IMG/VR virus record: IMGVR_UViG_3300027336_000062
Reading direction: 5' to 3' (one strand)
Source: an uncultured virus (IMG/VR IMGVR_UViG_3300027336_000062)
Taxonomy: Duplodnaviria > Heunggongvirae > Uroviricota > Caudoviricetes
DNA length: 20,000 nucleotides
Positions within the stretch are counted from its first letter, which is position 1, and every line of letters begins with the position of its first letter. Under the pieces are notes generated by a model. The model was not told where the DNA came from, made no database searches, and worked only from the letters and a program-made list of their open reading frames with translations. Shown in pieces: positions 9,368 to 15,804 of this stretch. Made by a program: the position numbers and the translations under genes.

Positions 9368-9814
9368 ATGATTACAAAGTTCAACATCAAAAGTGTCAAA
9401 GTCTTCGATAAGATCGGGGATGCGATTAACGTAATTGGCATGGTCGAATGGGTTGTTCGTATTTCAAACGAAGAGACTTCGATTCTGGGTATGGGTGAAA
9501 CATTCATCCCAATTGGTGACCTTACAAACTTCACTGCTGTCGAAGATTTAGACGAGCAAACAGTGATGTCGTGGGTCATTGCCGCAGAAGGCGGAGATGA
9601 GTTTGTTCAGCGACTGATTGATGCACACAGGCCAATGCTTGAGCGCAAAGCCATCGAGTCCAGGATGACCGTCTTAAAGGTTCCGTTTGCGGGAGCTGAT
9701 CCAAACAGACAAATCTTCCCAACCGCTTCTTCTGGGACAATCCCGTCGGCAGGTCAAATGGGCTTGCAGGCAATGAACCCAAGCCGACCAGCCAATACTC
9801 TTCAATCAGTTTAA
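9368..9814 (+). CDS. Conserved tail-fibre-associated hypothetical protein (DUF7936-like), paralogue 1
   Basis: 'NVIGMVEW...FTAVEDLDEQTVMSWV' parallels the gene at 10779. Start could alternatively be TTG 9353. Confidence 0.72.
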   Translation: MITKFNIKSVKVFDKIGDAINVIGMVEWVVRISNEETSILGMGETFIPIGDLTNFTAVEDLDEQTVMSWVIAAEGGDEFVQRLIDAHRPMLERKAIESRMTVLKVPFAGADPNRQIFPTASSGTIPSAGQMGLQAMNPSRPANTLQSV

Positions 9815-9822
9815 GGATTGCC

Positions 9823-10179
9823 ATGACCGCACCAATCATCAACGTAGGCCTTGTATCAAACGTCTTTGTTCGGCAAATGCACTTTGCTGCAGTGGGCGAC
9901 TCAGAAGTGGGGCACAAGCATCGCTACGACCACATGACGCTGCTCGCCAAAGGTCAGCTCAGGGTCACCGTCAACGGCCAAGCAACCGACTACACAGCGC
10001 CGATGATGATCTTTATTCGTGCCAACCTGGTGCATGAGCTCGAGTGCCTCTCTGAGAACACGGTGGCTTACTGCATCCACGGACTGCGTGATGCCGACAA
10101 GTCAGACGACATTGTTTCGCCAGACATGGTTCCTCGTGGTGTTGTACTTCGCTCAATGATTGCTCAGGTCATCGAGTAA
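9823..10179 (+). CDS. Cupin-domain protein
   Basis: 'GHKHRYDHMTLLAKGQLRV...IFIRANLVHEL' gives the two His-containing cupin motifs. AAGGA RBS. Confidence 0.8.
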   Translation: MTAPIINVGLVSNVFVRQMHFAAVGDSEVGHKHRYDHMTLLAKGQLRVTVNGQATDYTAPMMIFIRANLVHELECLSENTVAYCIHGLRDADKSDDIVSPDMVPRGVVLRSMIAQVIE

Positions 10180-10761
10180 ATGACTGCGGTTAACCGATTT
10201 CATTCCTCAGAGTTTTTTGGGGGCGCACCCATTCCTGACGAATGGGAAGATGCCCGTGCGTTCATGAATTGGTACATGACGAACGGAATGCCGTGGATGA
10301 TTCCATGGGGAGCGGAAGTGATTTGCTCTGACGATGCAACTGCTATTGCTCTGTTTCGTAAGGGACGTTGGCTTGCTGAACTTTACTTGGTTCATCCGAA
10401 TCTGCCTGTGCCGGTTCATTCGCATCCAGACGTTGAGTCGATCATCGTGTACTTAGGCGGTGGTGAGCAGGAGCAAGAGGATGAATTCGGTATGTCCACC
10501 AAGTGGGGCGTGATTGCTCCTCTCTTAAAGAGCGGCGAAACCCATGGCGGAAGACCTTTTGGTCAGTCTGCAAAAGGGTATGCCATGATCAATTTTCAGC
10601 ACTGGCCCGAAGGCGTTGAAGTAACCTCTGCAGCTGTTCGCTGGCAAGGTGACACAGCCGGCCCAAAACAAGATGCACTGATTGCCAGGTATTTCCCGGC
10701 AGCAGTTCCTGTACCTGGCTTTGCAGATATAACTGCTTGTGCTCCAACTCCAATTCTTTAA
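10180..10761 (+). CDS. Hypothetical protein with cupin-like metal-binding motif
   Basis: 'VPVHSHPDVESIIVYLGG...GETHGG' is HxHxxxE plus a distal His. ATG immediately follows the upstream stop. Confidence 0.68.
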   Translation: MTAVNRFHSSEFFGGAPIPDEWEDARAFMNWYMTNGMPWMIPWGAEVICSDDATAIALFRKGRWLAELYLVHPNLPVPVHSHPDVESIIVYLGGGEQEQEDEFGMSTKWGVIAPLLKSGETHGGRPFGQSAKGYAMINFQHWPEGVEVTSAAVRWQGDTAGPKQDALIARYFPAAVPVPGFADITACAPTPIL

Positions 10762-10778
10762 CCAACCAAGGAACCACC

Positions 10779-11123
10779 ATGTCCGCAACCTTTGAAACCA
10801 AAATCAATGCCATCCGCACCGGTACCGTGGGCGAGCTCACAAACGTCGTCAAGCGCGTCGAATTCACCGTGAAGGGTACTGAGCAAGGCCAGAGCTTTGA
10901 GCTGCCTCAGAACGTCGATTTGGCCGATCCACAGAGCGAGGCCTTCGTGCCCTTGGCTCAAGTGACTGAAGCCAACGTGGTTCAGTGGGTGAACGAGAAC
11001 TTCACCAACATGAGTGCTGTTCAAGAGCATATCCAATACGTGCTGAACCAAGAGGTAGCCAAGGTTGCTCTGGCTGAAGCTCCTCTTCCTTGGGCTCCAG
11101 CTCCTGAGCCTGTTACTCCCTGA
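10779..11123 (+). CDS. Conserved tail-fibre-associated hypothetical protein (DUF7936-like), paralogue 2
   Basis: 'TNVVKRVEFTVKG...FVPLAQVTEANVVQWV...PLPWA'. AAGGA RBS precedes ATG 10779. Confidence 0.78.
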   Translation: MSATFETKINAIRTGTVGELTNVVKRVEFTVKGTEQGQSFELPQNVDLADPQSEAFVPLAQVTEANVVQWVNENFTNMSAVQEHIQYVLNQEVAKVALAEAPLPWAPAPEPVTP

Positions 11124-11142
11124 TCCATAGAAAGCTGTACTC

Positions 11143-11373
11143 ATGGAACAGATGGACGTATCCCACCGGGAGATCTATGACCGCTTGATAGCGGTCGAAG
11201 CAAAGGTCGACAAGATCGACAAGGCCACTACTGATGTGGTGGCTGCATTCGGTGCCGCTCAAGGCGCTTTCGTTGTTCTCGAATGGTTCGGCAAGATTGC
11301 AAAACCAATCCTTTGGGTTGGCGCATCAATCACCGCGATCGGAGTCATATGGCAAAACATCCGCATTAAGTAA
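11143..11373 (+). CDS. Small coiled-coil plus C-terminal TM protein (holin/XhlA-like candidate)
   Basis: 'RLIAVEAKVDKIDK' coiled coil followed by a hydrophobic C-terminus. First gene of the lysis region. Confidence 0.65.
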   Translation: MEQMDVSHREIYDRLIAVEAKVDKIDKATTDVVAAFGAAQGAFVVLEWFGKIAKPILWVGASITAIGVIWQNIRIK

Positions 11374-11387
11374 GAAAGGGGGTTTCT

Positions 11388-11870
11388 ATGGAACCCATCA
11401 CCATGGCCCTGACTGCCATGGCTGCTGTTCAAAAGACAGTATCCATGATCAAGCAGGCATCTAAAACCGCTGATGATGTGAGAAGTCTTGGCCCCTTGTT
11501 GGGCAGGTACTTCGAGCAGAAACATGAAGTCTCCAAGGCGCTGAACCAAGCTAAAAGCAAGGGCGGCTCCAACATGGGCAAGGCGGTCCAGATTGAACTG
11601 GATCTAAAAGCCCAACGTGACTTCGAAGAACAGGTCAAAGGCCTCTTCTTCCCTAACAACATGGATGTCTGGAACTCCATCATGGTCCGAGTGGCTGAGA
11701 TGGACAAGCAGGACAAGATTGATCAGCAGATAGCTCGAGACCGTCAACGTCGAGCCAAGCAGGATCAAGAAGAAATGATAGAGATCCTGATCGTTGTCGG
11801 TGGCGTCATCGTTATTTTTCTCTTGGTTGGCTTCGGTGCCTACCTCGTTATGTTCGAGATGAAGCGATGA
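11388..11870 (+). CDS. Membrane-anchored hypothetical protein
   Basis: 160 aa, helical, with a single C-terminal TM 'ILIVVGGVIVIFLLVGFGAYLVMF'. GGGGG RBS. Confidence 0.8.
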   Translation: MEPITMALTAMAAVQKTVSMIKQASKTADDVRSLGPLLGRYFEQKHEVSKALNQAKSKGGSNMGKAVQIELDLKAQRDFEEQVKGLFFPNNMDVWNSIMVRVAEMDKQDKIDQQIARDRQRRAKQDQEEMIEILIVVGGVIVIFLLVGFGAYLVMFEMKR

Positions 11871-12082
11871 AATATCTGATCTTCCTCTGTTTGGGACTCT
11901 TCACAGGTTGTGAAGAGCAATACCGCTATTACTGTCAGAACCCAGACAACTTCCATGCAGAACGCTGCCAGAAGCCAAAGTGTCAATTCACTCAGACTTG
12001 TCCGGAGTATCTAGTCGCCCCAGTTTTGGAGAAACAAATTGAACAAACAAGACCTGCCTCTGCGCCAACCCCTGTCCGCTGA
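11867..12082 (+). CDS. Small Cys-rich lipoprotein
   Basis: Signal peptide 'MKYLIFLCLGLFTG-C' with four further Cys in the mature part. ATGA overlap with the upstream gene. Confidence 0.78.
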   Translation: MKYLIFLCLGLFTGCEEQYRYYCQNPDNFHAERCQKPKCQFTQTCPEYLVAPVLEKQIEQTRPASAPTPVR

Positions 12083-12572
12083 AGAGGCGGTCATGATCAT
12101 GGAGGTCCGAGTATGGGCCTTCGTTGTTGTGGCTGTGACCATCATCTTGTTTGGCATTGTGGTGGCTCTTCTGTACTCCGTGACTTTCGTAACGCAGCCG
12201 ATCAAGTCAATGGCTCCCATTGACCAGGCCTACACGAAGATGCTGAATGACATCGTGCTGCTGATCGTGGGTGGTATTGGTGGTGTGATTGGTAAGCGTG
12301 CTGTATCGACAGCAGCCAAAGCATTCTCACCACAGCCCCCACAGCAGCCGATGTGCCAACCAATGATGGGTGGCTACAACCAGAACAGTTACGCCCCTCC
12401 ACAGTCTGCGTATGGCTTGCCATCACAGCCGTTTGGTGCAATGTCTGTCTGGAAGAACCCAGAGCTCGATGAGAGCTGGACACCAGGTCCGCCTCCCACG
12501 ACACCGCCTGAATATCAAGAGCCTGACGAAGACCGCGCAGAGATTGCTGCAGCACGGAAGGAAGAAGAATGA
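12039..12572 (+). CDS. Two-TM membrane protein with Pro-rich tail (holin candidate)
   Basis: TM1 'VWAFVVVAVTIILFGIVVALLYSVTFV', TM2 'IVLLIVGGIGGVIG'. Lies upstream of the spanins and endolysin. Start is uncertain (TTG 12039 or ATG 12093). Confidence 0.7.
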   Translation: MNKQDLPLRQPLSAEEAVMIMEVRVWAFVVVAVTIILFGIVVALLYSVTFVTQPIKSMAPIDQAYTKMLNDIVLLIVGGIGGVIGKRAVSTAAKAFSPQPPQQPMCQPMMGGYNQNSYAPPQSAYGLPSQPFGAMSVWKNPELDESWTPGPPPTTPPEYQEPDEDRAEIAAARKEEE

Positions 12573-13072
12573 ATCCGCTAACCCTTTACCCAGCGATTGC
12601 GCTTGTTGCACTCCTTGCCATAGGTGGCTTCTACAAGTACGGCTACAGCAACGGTTGGGATGATCGGGATACCGAGACTCAAATAGAGATTGCTCGCAAG
12701 AACGAAGAAGCTCGAGTCAAAGAGCAAGAGATGGCAGCAGTTGTTTCTGCCAAGGAAGCTGAACTTAGAAAGGCCAACGATGTTGTCAACAAAAAGCAAA
12801 CTGATCTTAATCGCCTCATTGCTACTGGCAGGGTGCGCCTCCCCGCCGCCAGTTGTCCACAAGCCAGCGTCAATCCCGCCACTCCCTCAGGAGATCGGGA
12901 CAAAGCGCCAAGCCAACCTGACCCAGCGACTGACGGACCTTCTGATTCCGAGCGAGAAACCCTCCAGCTTATCGCCCAAATCGCCGCAGACGGAGACCGG
13001 GCAATCAATCAGCTCAACGCCTGCATTGACGCCTACGAAGAAGTAAGGAGAACAGCAAATGCTAACCGCTGA
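12569..13072 (+). CDS. Rz: Rz-like inner-membrane spanin
   Basis: N-terminal TM, coiled-coil periplasmic part, and 'IAADGDRAINQLNACIDAY' Rz-type C-terminus. Contains a nested lipoprotein gene. Confidence 0.85.
   Translation: MNPLTLYPAIALVALLAIGGFYKYGYSNGWDDRDTETQIEIARKNEEARVKEQEMAAVVSAKEAELRKANDVVNKKQTDLNRLIATGRVRLPAASCPQASVNPATPSGDRDKAPSQPDPATDGPSDSERETLQLIAQIAADGDRAINQLNACIDAYEEVRRTANANR
12780..13046 (+). CDS. Rz1: Rz1-like outer-membrane spanin lipoprotein, fully embedded in Rz (+1 frame)
   Basis: AGAAAGG RBS then ATG 12780. 'MLSTKSKLILIASLLLAG-C' is a perfect lipobox followed by a Pro-rich segment (SPPPVVHKPASIPPLP). Confidence 0.85.
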   Translation: MLSTKSKLILIASLLLAGCASPPPVVHKPASIPPLPQEIGTKRQANLTQRLTDLLIPSEKPSSLSPKSPQTETGQSISSTPALTPTKK

Positions 13073-13688
13073 ACAATTACAACGACTGCACATTGCTCCT
13101 CAATGGGCCGATGCACTGAACGCTACCTTTGAGCGGTTCAACATCCTGACGCCTCGTCAGCAAGCAGCCTTCATTGGCCAGTGTGGCCATGAGAGCGGAA
13201 ACTTCCGTGTGCTTGAAGAGAACCTCAACTACCGTGCTGCCACGTTGCTGAAACTCTTTCCAAGAACACCAAAGAGAACTTGGGGATTCACGCCTGAGGA
13301 AGCTGCTGCCTACGAGAAGCAGCCGCGCAAGATCGCCAACCGGATCTACGGCAACCGCATGGGCAATCGGGATGAAGCTTCAGGAGACGGCTACCGGTTC
13401 CGAGGTCGTGGCTGCATTCAGCTCACTGGTTCAGCCAACTACTTCCATGCAGGCCAAGCCCTGGGTGTGGACTTCATCATGGAACCTGATCTGGTTTCCA
13501 CGCCTCAGTACGCTGCGTTGACTGCTGGTTGGTTCTGGAACACCCAGAAGCTCAATGCTCTGGCAGAAGCGAGTAACACGCTTGCACTGACCAAGAAGAT
13601 CAATGGTGGAACGATTGGGTTGGAAGACCGAATCAAACACACCAACATGGCGCTGGCGCTTCTGGGGCAGCAATCACAGATGGCTTAA
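13059..13688 (+). CDS. Endolysin, glycoside hydrolase family 19
   Basis: 'AAFIGQCGHESGNF...EENLNY', 'GDGYRFRGRGCIQLTG' and 'TKKINGGTIGLEDR' are GH19 motifs. GGAG RBS. Confidence 0.93.
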   Translation: MLTAEQLQRLHIAPQWADALNATFERFNILTPRQQAAFIGQCGHESGNFRVLEENLNYRAATLLKLFPRTPKRTWGFTPEEAAAYEKQPRKIANRIYGNRMGNRDEASGDGYRFRGRGCIQLTGSANYFHAGQALGVDFIMEPDLVSTPQYAALTAGWFWNTQKLNALAEASNTLALTKKINGGTIGLEDRIKHTNMALALLGQQSQMA

Positions 13689-13861
13689 ATCTCGGATAGA
13701 GACAAGCGTCGGAACTTTTCGCTCAGCGTCGCCTCTGATTTGGGAATCAGGGTGACAAGGGAGTTTCTAGGAGGCTGGTTTAATACCGGCCTCTTGTACG
13801 TCCGGTCTTGGTGATCGATCTTGACCTGAGGCACGTAGTCTTTGCTGAATGGATTGGTCAT
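13685..13861 (-). CDS. Hypothetical protein, 58 aa (below the ORF-track cutoff)
   Basis: MTNPFSKDYVPQVKIDHQDRTYKRP...RRLSLSEI*. ATGA-coupled to the upstream gene. Its stop shares TTAA with the convergent endolysin stop. Confidence 0.6.
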   Translation of the reverse strand: MTNPFSKDYVPQVKIDHQDRTYKRPVLNQPPRNSLVTLIPKSEATLSEKFRRLSLSEI

Positions 13862-14073
13862 GGGATTTGGTTTCCGTGGTACTTCATGGGTTGAGGGATG
13901 AGCTTGTCGGCCGACACAGTAAAGATGTTGCTGAGCCAGGGGTCAGTGGGACTGAACTCCAGGACACGCACCACTGGGCCTGTAGCAAGCGCCAGGACGT
14001 TCTTTTGGTGGTAGGTGTACCGATGCCCTTGCCGAGCGATTCTGAGGGCTTCTGGGCCGTCTGGTGCGGTCAT
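13858..14073 (-). CDS. Hypothetical protein, 71 aa
   Basis: MTAPDGPEALRIARQGHRYTY...PQPMKYHGNQIP. ATG 14073 is preferred because the longer frame from 14235 crosses a tRNA fragment and a terminator. Confidence 0.65.
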   Translation of the reverse strand: MTAPDGPEALRIARQGHRYTYHQKNVLALATGPVVRVLEFSPTDPWLSNIFTVSADKLIPQPMKYHGNQIP

Positions 14074-14121
14074 GGGAGTGCTTTCAATAGTACAACCCCG
14101 TGCCAATAGCACAGGGCAAAG

Positions 14122-14151
14122 AAAAAAGGCCTGAGTCGTTAGACCCAAGCC
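14122..14151 (-). terminator. Rho-independent terminator downstream of the tRNA fragment
   Basis: Minus strand GGCTTGGGTC-TAAC-GACTCAGGCC-TTTTTT: 10-bp stem with two G-U pairs, then a U6 tract. Confidence 0.75.
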
Positions 14152-14158
14152 CTTGATT
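14146..14158 (-). promoter_or_regulatory. IHF binding site consensus beside the att core
   Basis: Minus strand AATCAAGGGCTTG is an exact match to WATCAANNNNTTR, 13 nt beyond the tRNA CCA end. Confidence 0.6.
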
Positions 14159-14171
14159 TTGCTACACAAAC

Positions 14172-14212
14172 TGGCGCGCCCGGCAGGATTCGAACCCACG
14201 ACCCCTTGGTTC
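14172..14212 (-). tRNA. 3' half only of tRNA-Arg(ACG), 41 nt; attP-like core, not a functional tRNA
   Basis: Minus strand GAACCAAGGGGTCGTGGGTTCGAATCCTGCCGGGCGCGCCA covers the end of the anticodon loop, variable loop, T-arm (GTTCGAATC), acceptor 3' strand and CCA. No D-arm or 5' acceptor strand upstream. The isotype is recalled from betaproteobacterial tRNA-Arg, since the anticodon itself is cut. Confidence 0.85.
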
Positions 14213-14235
14213 TCTTTGCTGCGCTTGCGAGCCAT
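14203..14235 (-). pseudogene. Probable 5' remnant (11 codons) of a tyrosine integrase
   Basis: ATG GCT CGC AAG CGC AGC AAA GAG AAC CAA GGG encodes MARKRSKENQG. It is coupled by TAATG to the DUF4224 C-terminal frame, the position and basic N-terminus expected of the integrase that follows DUF4224 genes. Confidence 0.6.
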
Positions 14236-14256
14236 TACATTGCTTCCCAGTTAGGT

Positions 14257-14457
14257 TCAGCGTGTTTGGTTTGCTTCTTGGTTTCGGTGGTGCCATCGAA
14301 CACCTTGGTTTCCTTGATCACGCAGGATTACGACGCTTCCATCAGGCCGTACTCGGTGTTCGATGCCCATGGCTTTCAAGACCCTGACTTGTGCGGAGTG
14401 CACCTTGCGGTGAGTCAGGGCCTGGATTTCCTCATACGAGAGAAAGGTGTCAGTCAC
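14257..14457 (-). CDS. DUF4224 family putative excisionase; frameshifted C-terminus
   Basis: 'FLSYEEIQALTHRKVHSAQVRVLKAMGIEHRVRPDGSVVILR' is the DUF4224 signature. The expected tail '...TKVFDG...EPNWEAM*' lies in another frame ending at 14235. Confidence 0.85.
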   Translation of the reverse strand: MTDTFLSYEEIQALTHRKVHSAQVRVLKAMGIEHRVRPDGSVVILRDQGNQGVRWHHRNQEANQTR

Positions 14458-14839
14458 AATTTGCGTCTGCGTATTTGTCGATCATGTGATCGGCCCAAGC
14501 ATCGGCCATGATTTGTTCAACCTCATTGGACTTTGCATAGATCTGCTCATCAATGTCGGAGCCTTCGAACAGATCGGTGATCTCGATGCCTTGGTAGAAG
14601 CACTTGGCACCTTCAGCCACGATCCATTCATCGGGAGAGTCGCCACTTTCGACACTGAAGTAAACCGTGAAGTCTTTGCCACCCATGTCGATCTGTAATT
14701 CGAACTGGTGCATGGCACAAGCAGTGTCTTCTTGGTTCAAAGCAGATCGCAGATCGTCTCTGAGTTGAGGAAAGTGATCCTCATCAAGAGCCAGCAGTGA
14801 ACGCTTGGCGACATCGTAGAGTGAGTTGGGAGTTGTCAT
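14450..14839 (-). CDS. Hypothetical acidic protein
   Basis: 129 aa, GGAG RBS, overlaps both neighbours. Confidence 0.72.
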   Translation of the reverse strand: MTTPNSLYDVAKRSLLALDEDHFPQLRDDLRSALNQEDTACAMHQFELQIDMGGKDFTVYFSVESGDSPDEWIVAEGAKCFYQGIEITDLFEGSDIDEQIYAKSNEVEQIMADAWADHMIDKYADANCD

Positions 14840-15024
14840 TTTTTGTCTCCATCAATTTTCCAGCCCCAGTCCATGCGATCCCACGCATAGTCTTTGGCGT
14901 ACTCGTCTTTTTCTTCTTCGGACATTGCGTTCCATTCGTCTTCTTCAATTTCAAACTCAGTCTCGTATGAGGATTGATGGTTTGCGCCGCTGTCCAGCCA
15001 CGTTTTAATGGTGATCATGCTCAT
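14836..15024 (-). CDS. Small acidic hypothetical phage protein
   Basis: MSMITIKTWLDSGAN...EDEWNAMSEEEKDEYAKDYAWDRMDWGW. ATGA overlaps at both ends. Confidence 0.75.
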   Translation of the reverse strand: MSMITIKTWLDSGANHQSSYETEFEIEEDEWNAMSEEEKDEYAKDYAWDRMDWGWKIDGDKK

Positions 15025-15224
15025 GACACCCACTTCTGTCCCAGAGGACACCAAGTCACTTGCTGAGCGTCTTCAATGATGTGGCTTTGAACCACTTCTT
15101 GAAACGGATAGCCCAGTTTGTAGAAGCAATCTTCACGAATGGCAAACAGCTTTTCACCTGGATCAACATCAACAGTGACTCGCAGCTTGCCGCTTTTCAG
15201 GGTTTTGCAAGAGATCTCTTTCAT
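15021..15224 (-). CDS. Hypothetical protein
   Basis: 67 aa with ATGA coupling on both sides. Confidence 0.72.
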   Translation of the reverse strand: MKEISCKTLKSGKLRVTVDVDPGEKLFAIREDCFYKLGYPFQEVVQSHIIEDAQQVTWCPLGQKWVS

Positions 15225-15739
15225 GGTGCAGGCTTTGGCATCTTGGGTTGATTCTTAGGCCAGCCGGCTTTCACGAAGTCGCTCAGCACATTGGCCACTG
15301 CAGGCAGTGAAGCAACGGCTTTGGCTTCATCTGCAGGCAGATACTTTTCAAACTCAGGCAGCAGATCAATCAATGCCTTGCGAGTGGTCACGGCGTCAGC
15401 CGTGGCAGCGAGCTTGGTACGCAAAGCATCGAGACGGGCACGTTCTTCAGCAAACTCAACCAGCAAGGCTTCAACTTTCTCATTGACCTTGGGAGAGCGG
15501 CTGTATTCAGGGTGCATAACACGCACGTTGCTGCAGTGGTAGCCAGAAATATGATGGCTCTCTGTCTTCAAGAAATGCCGCAGAGCTTTGTCTTCAGCAA
15601 TGGCTTTGACTTTGGGAGGCAGCTGGGATATTGCGTCGTCTTGCAACAGCTTGTGAATCTCGGTTTCGTAATCGCGCTTTGGAACATCGTCCATTGCTGC
15701 ACGTACAAAAGCGTCACGGATTACTTTGGTCAGGCGCAT
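15221..15739 (-). CDS. Nmad5-like (nucleotide modification-associated domain 5) protein
   Basis: 'MRLTKVIRDAFVRAAMDDVP...VTTRKALIDLLPEFEKYLP...LPAV' resembles the family pattern as recalled. ATG 15739 lies downstream of the terminator. Confidence 0.65.
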   Translation of the reverse strand: MRLTKVIRDAFVRAAMDDVPKRDYETEIHKLLQDDAISQLPPKVKAIAEDKALRHFLKTESHHISGYHCSNVRVMHPEYSRSPKVNEKVEALLVEFAEERARLDALRTKLAATADAVTTRKALIDLLPEFEKYLPADEAKAVASLPAVANVLSDFVKAGWPKNQPKMPKPAP

Positions 15740-15763
15740 GATTTTCTTTCTTGGTTCAGGAAT

Positions 15764-15786
15764 AAAAAAAGCCCCCGAAGGGGCTT
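15764..15786 (-). terminator. Rho-independent terminator with UUCG tetraloop
   Basis: Minus strand AAGCCCC-TTCG-GGGGCTT-TTTTT. Confidence 0.9.
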
Positions 15787-15804
15787 GATTGAGTGAAGTG
15801 GGAT

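Noticed and set aside
13858..14235. 125-aa ORF as a single genuine gene
   Set aside because: It is a chimera: integrase-like start, translated tRNA (VVGSNPAGRA), terminator, then a separate 71-aa gene.
14172..14250. Complete phage-encoded tRNA
   Set aside because: There is no D-arm, 5' anticodon stem or 5' acceptor strand; similarity stops at 14212.
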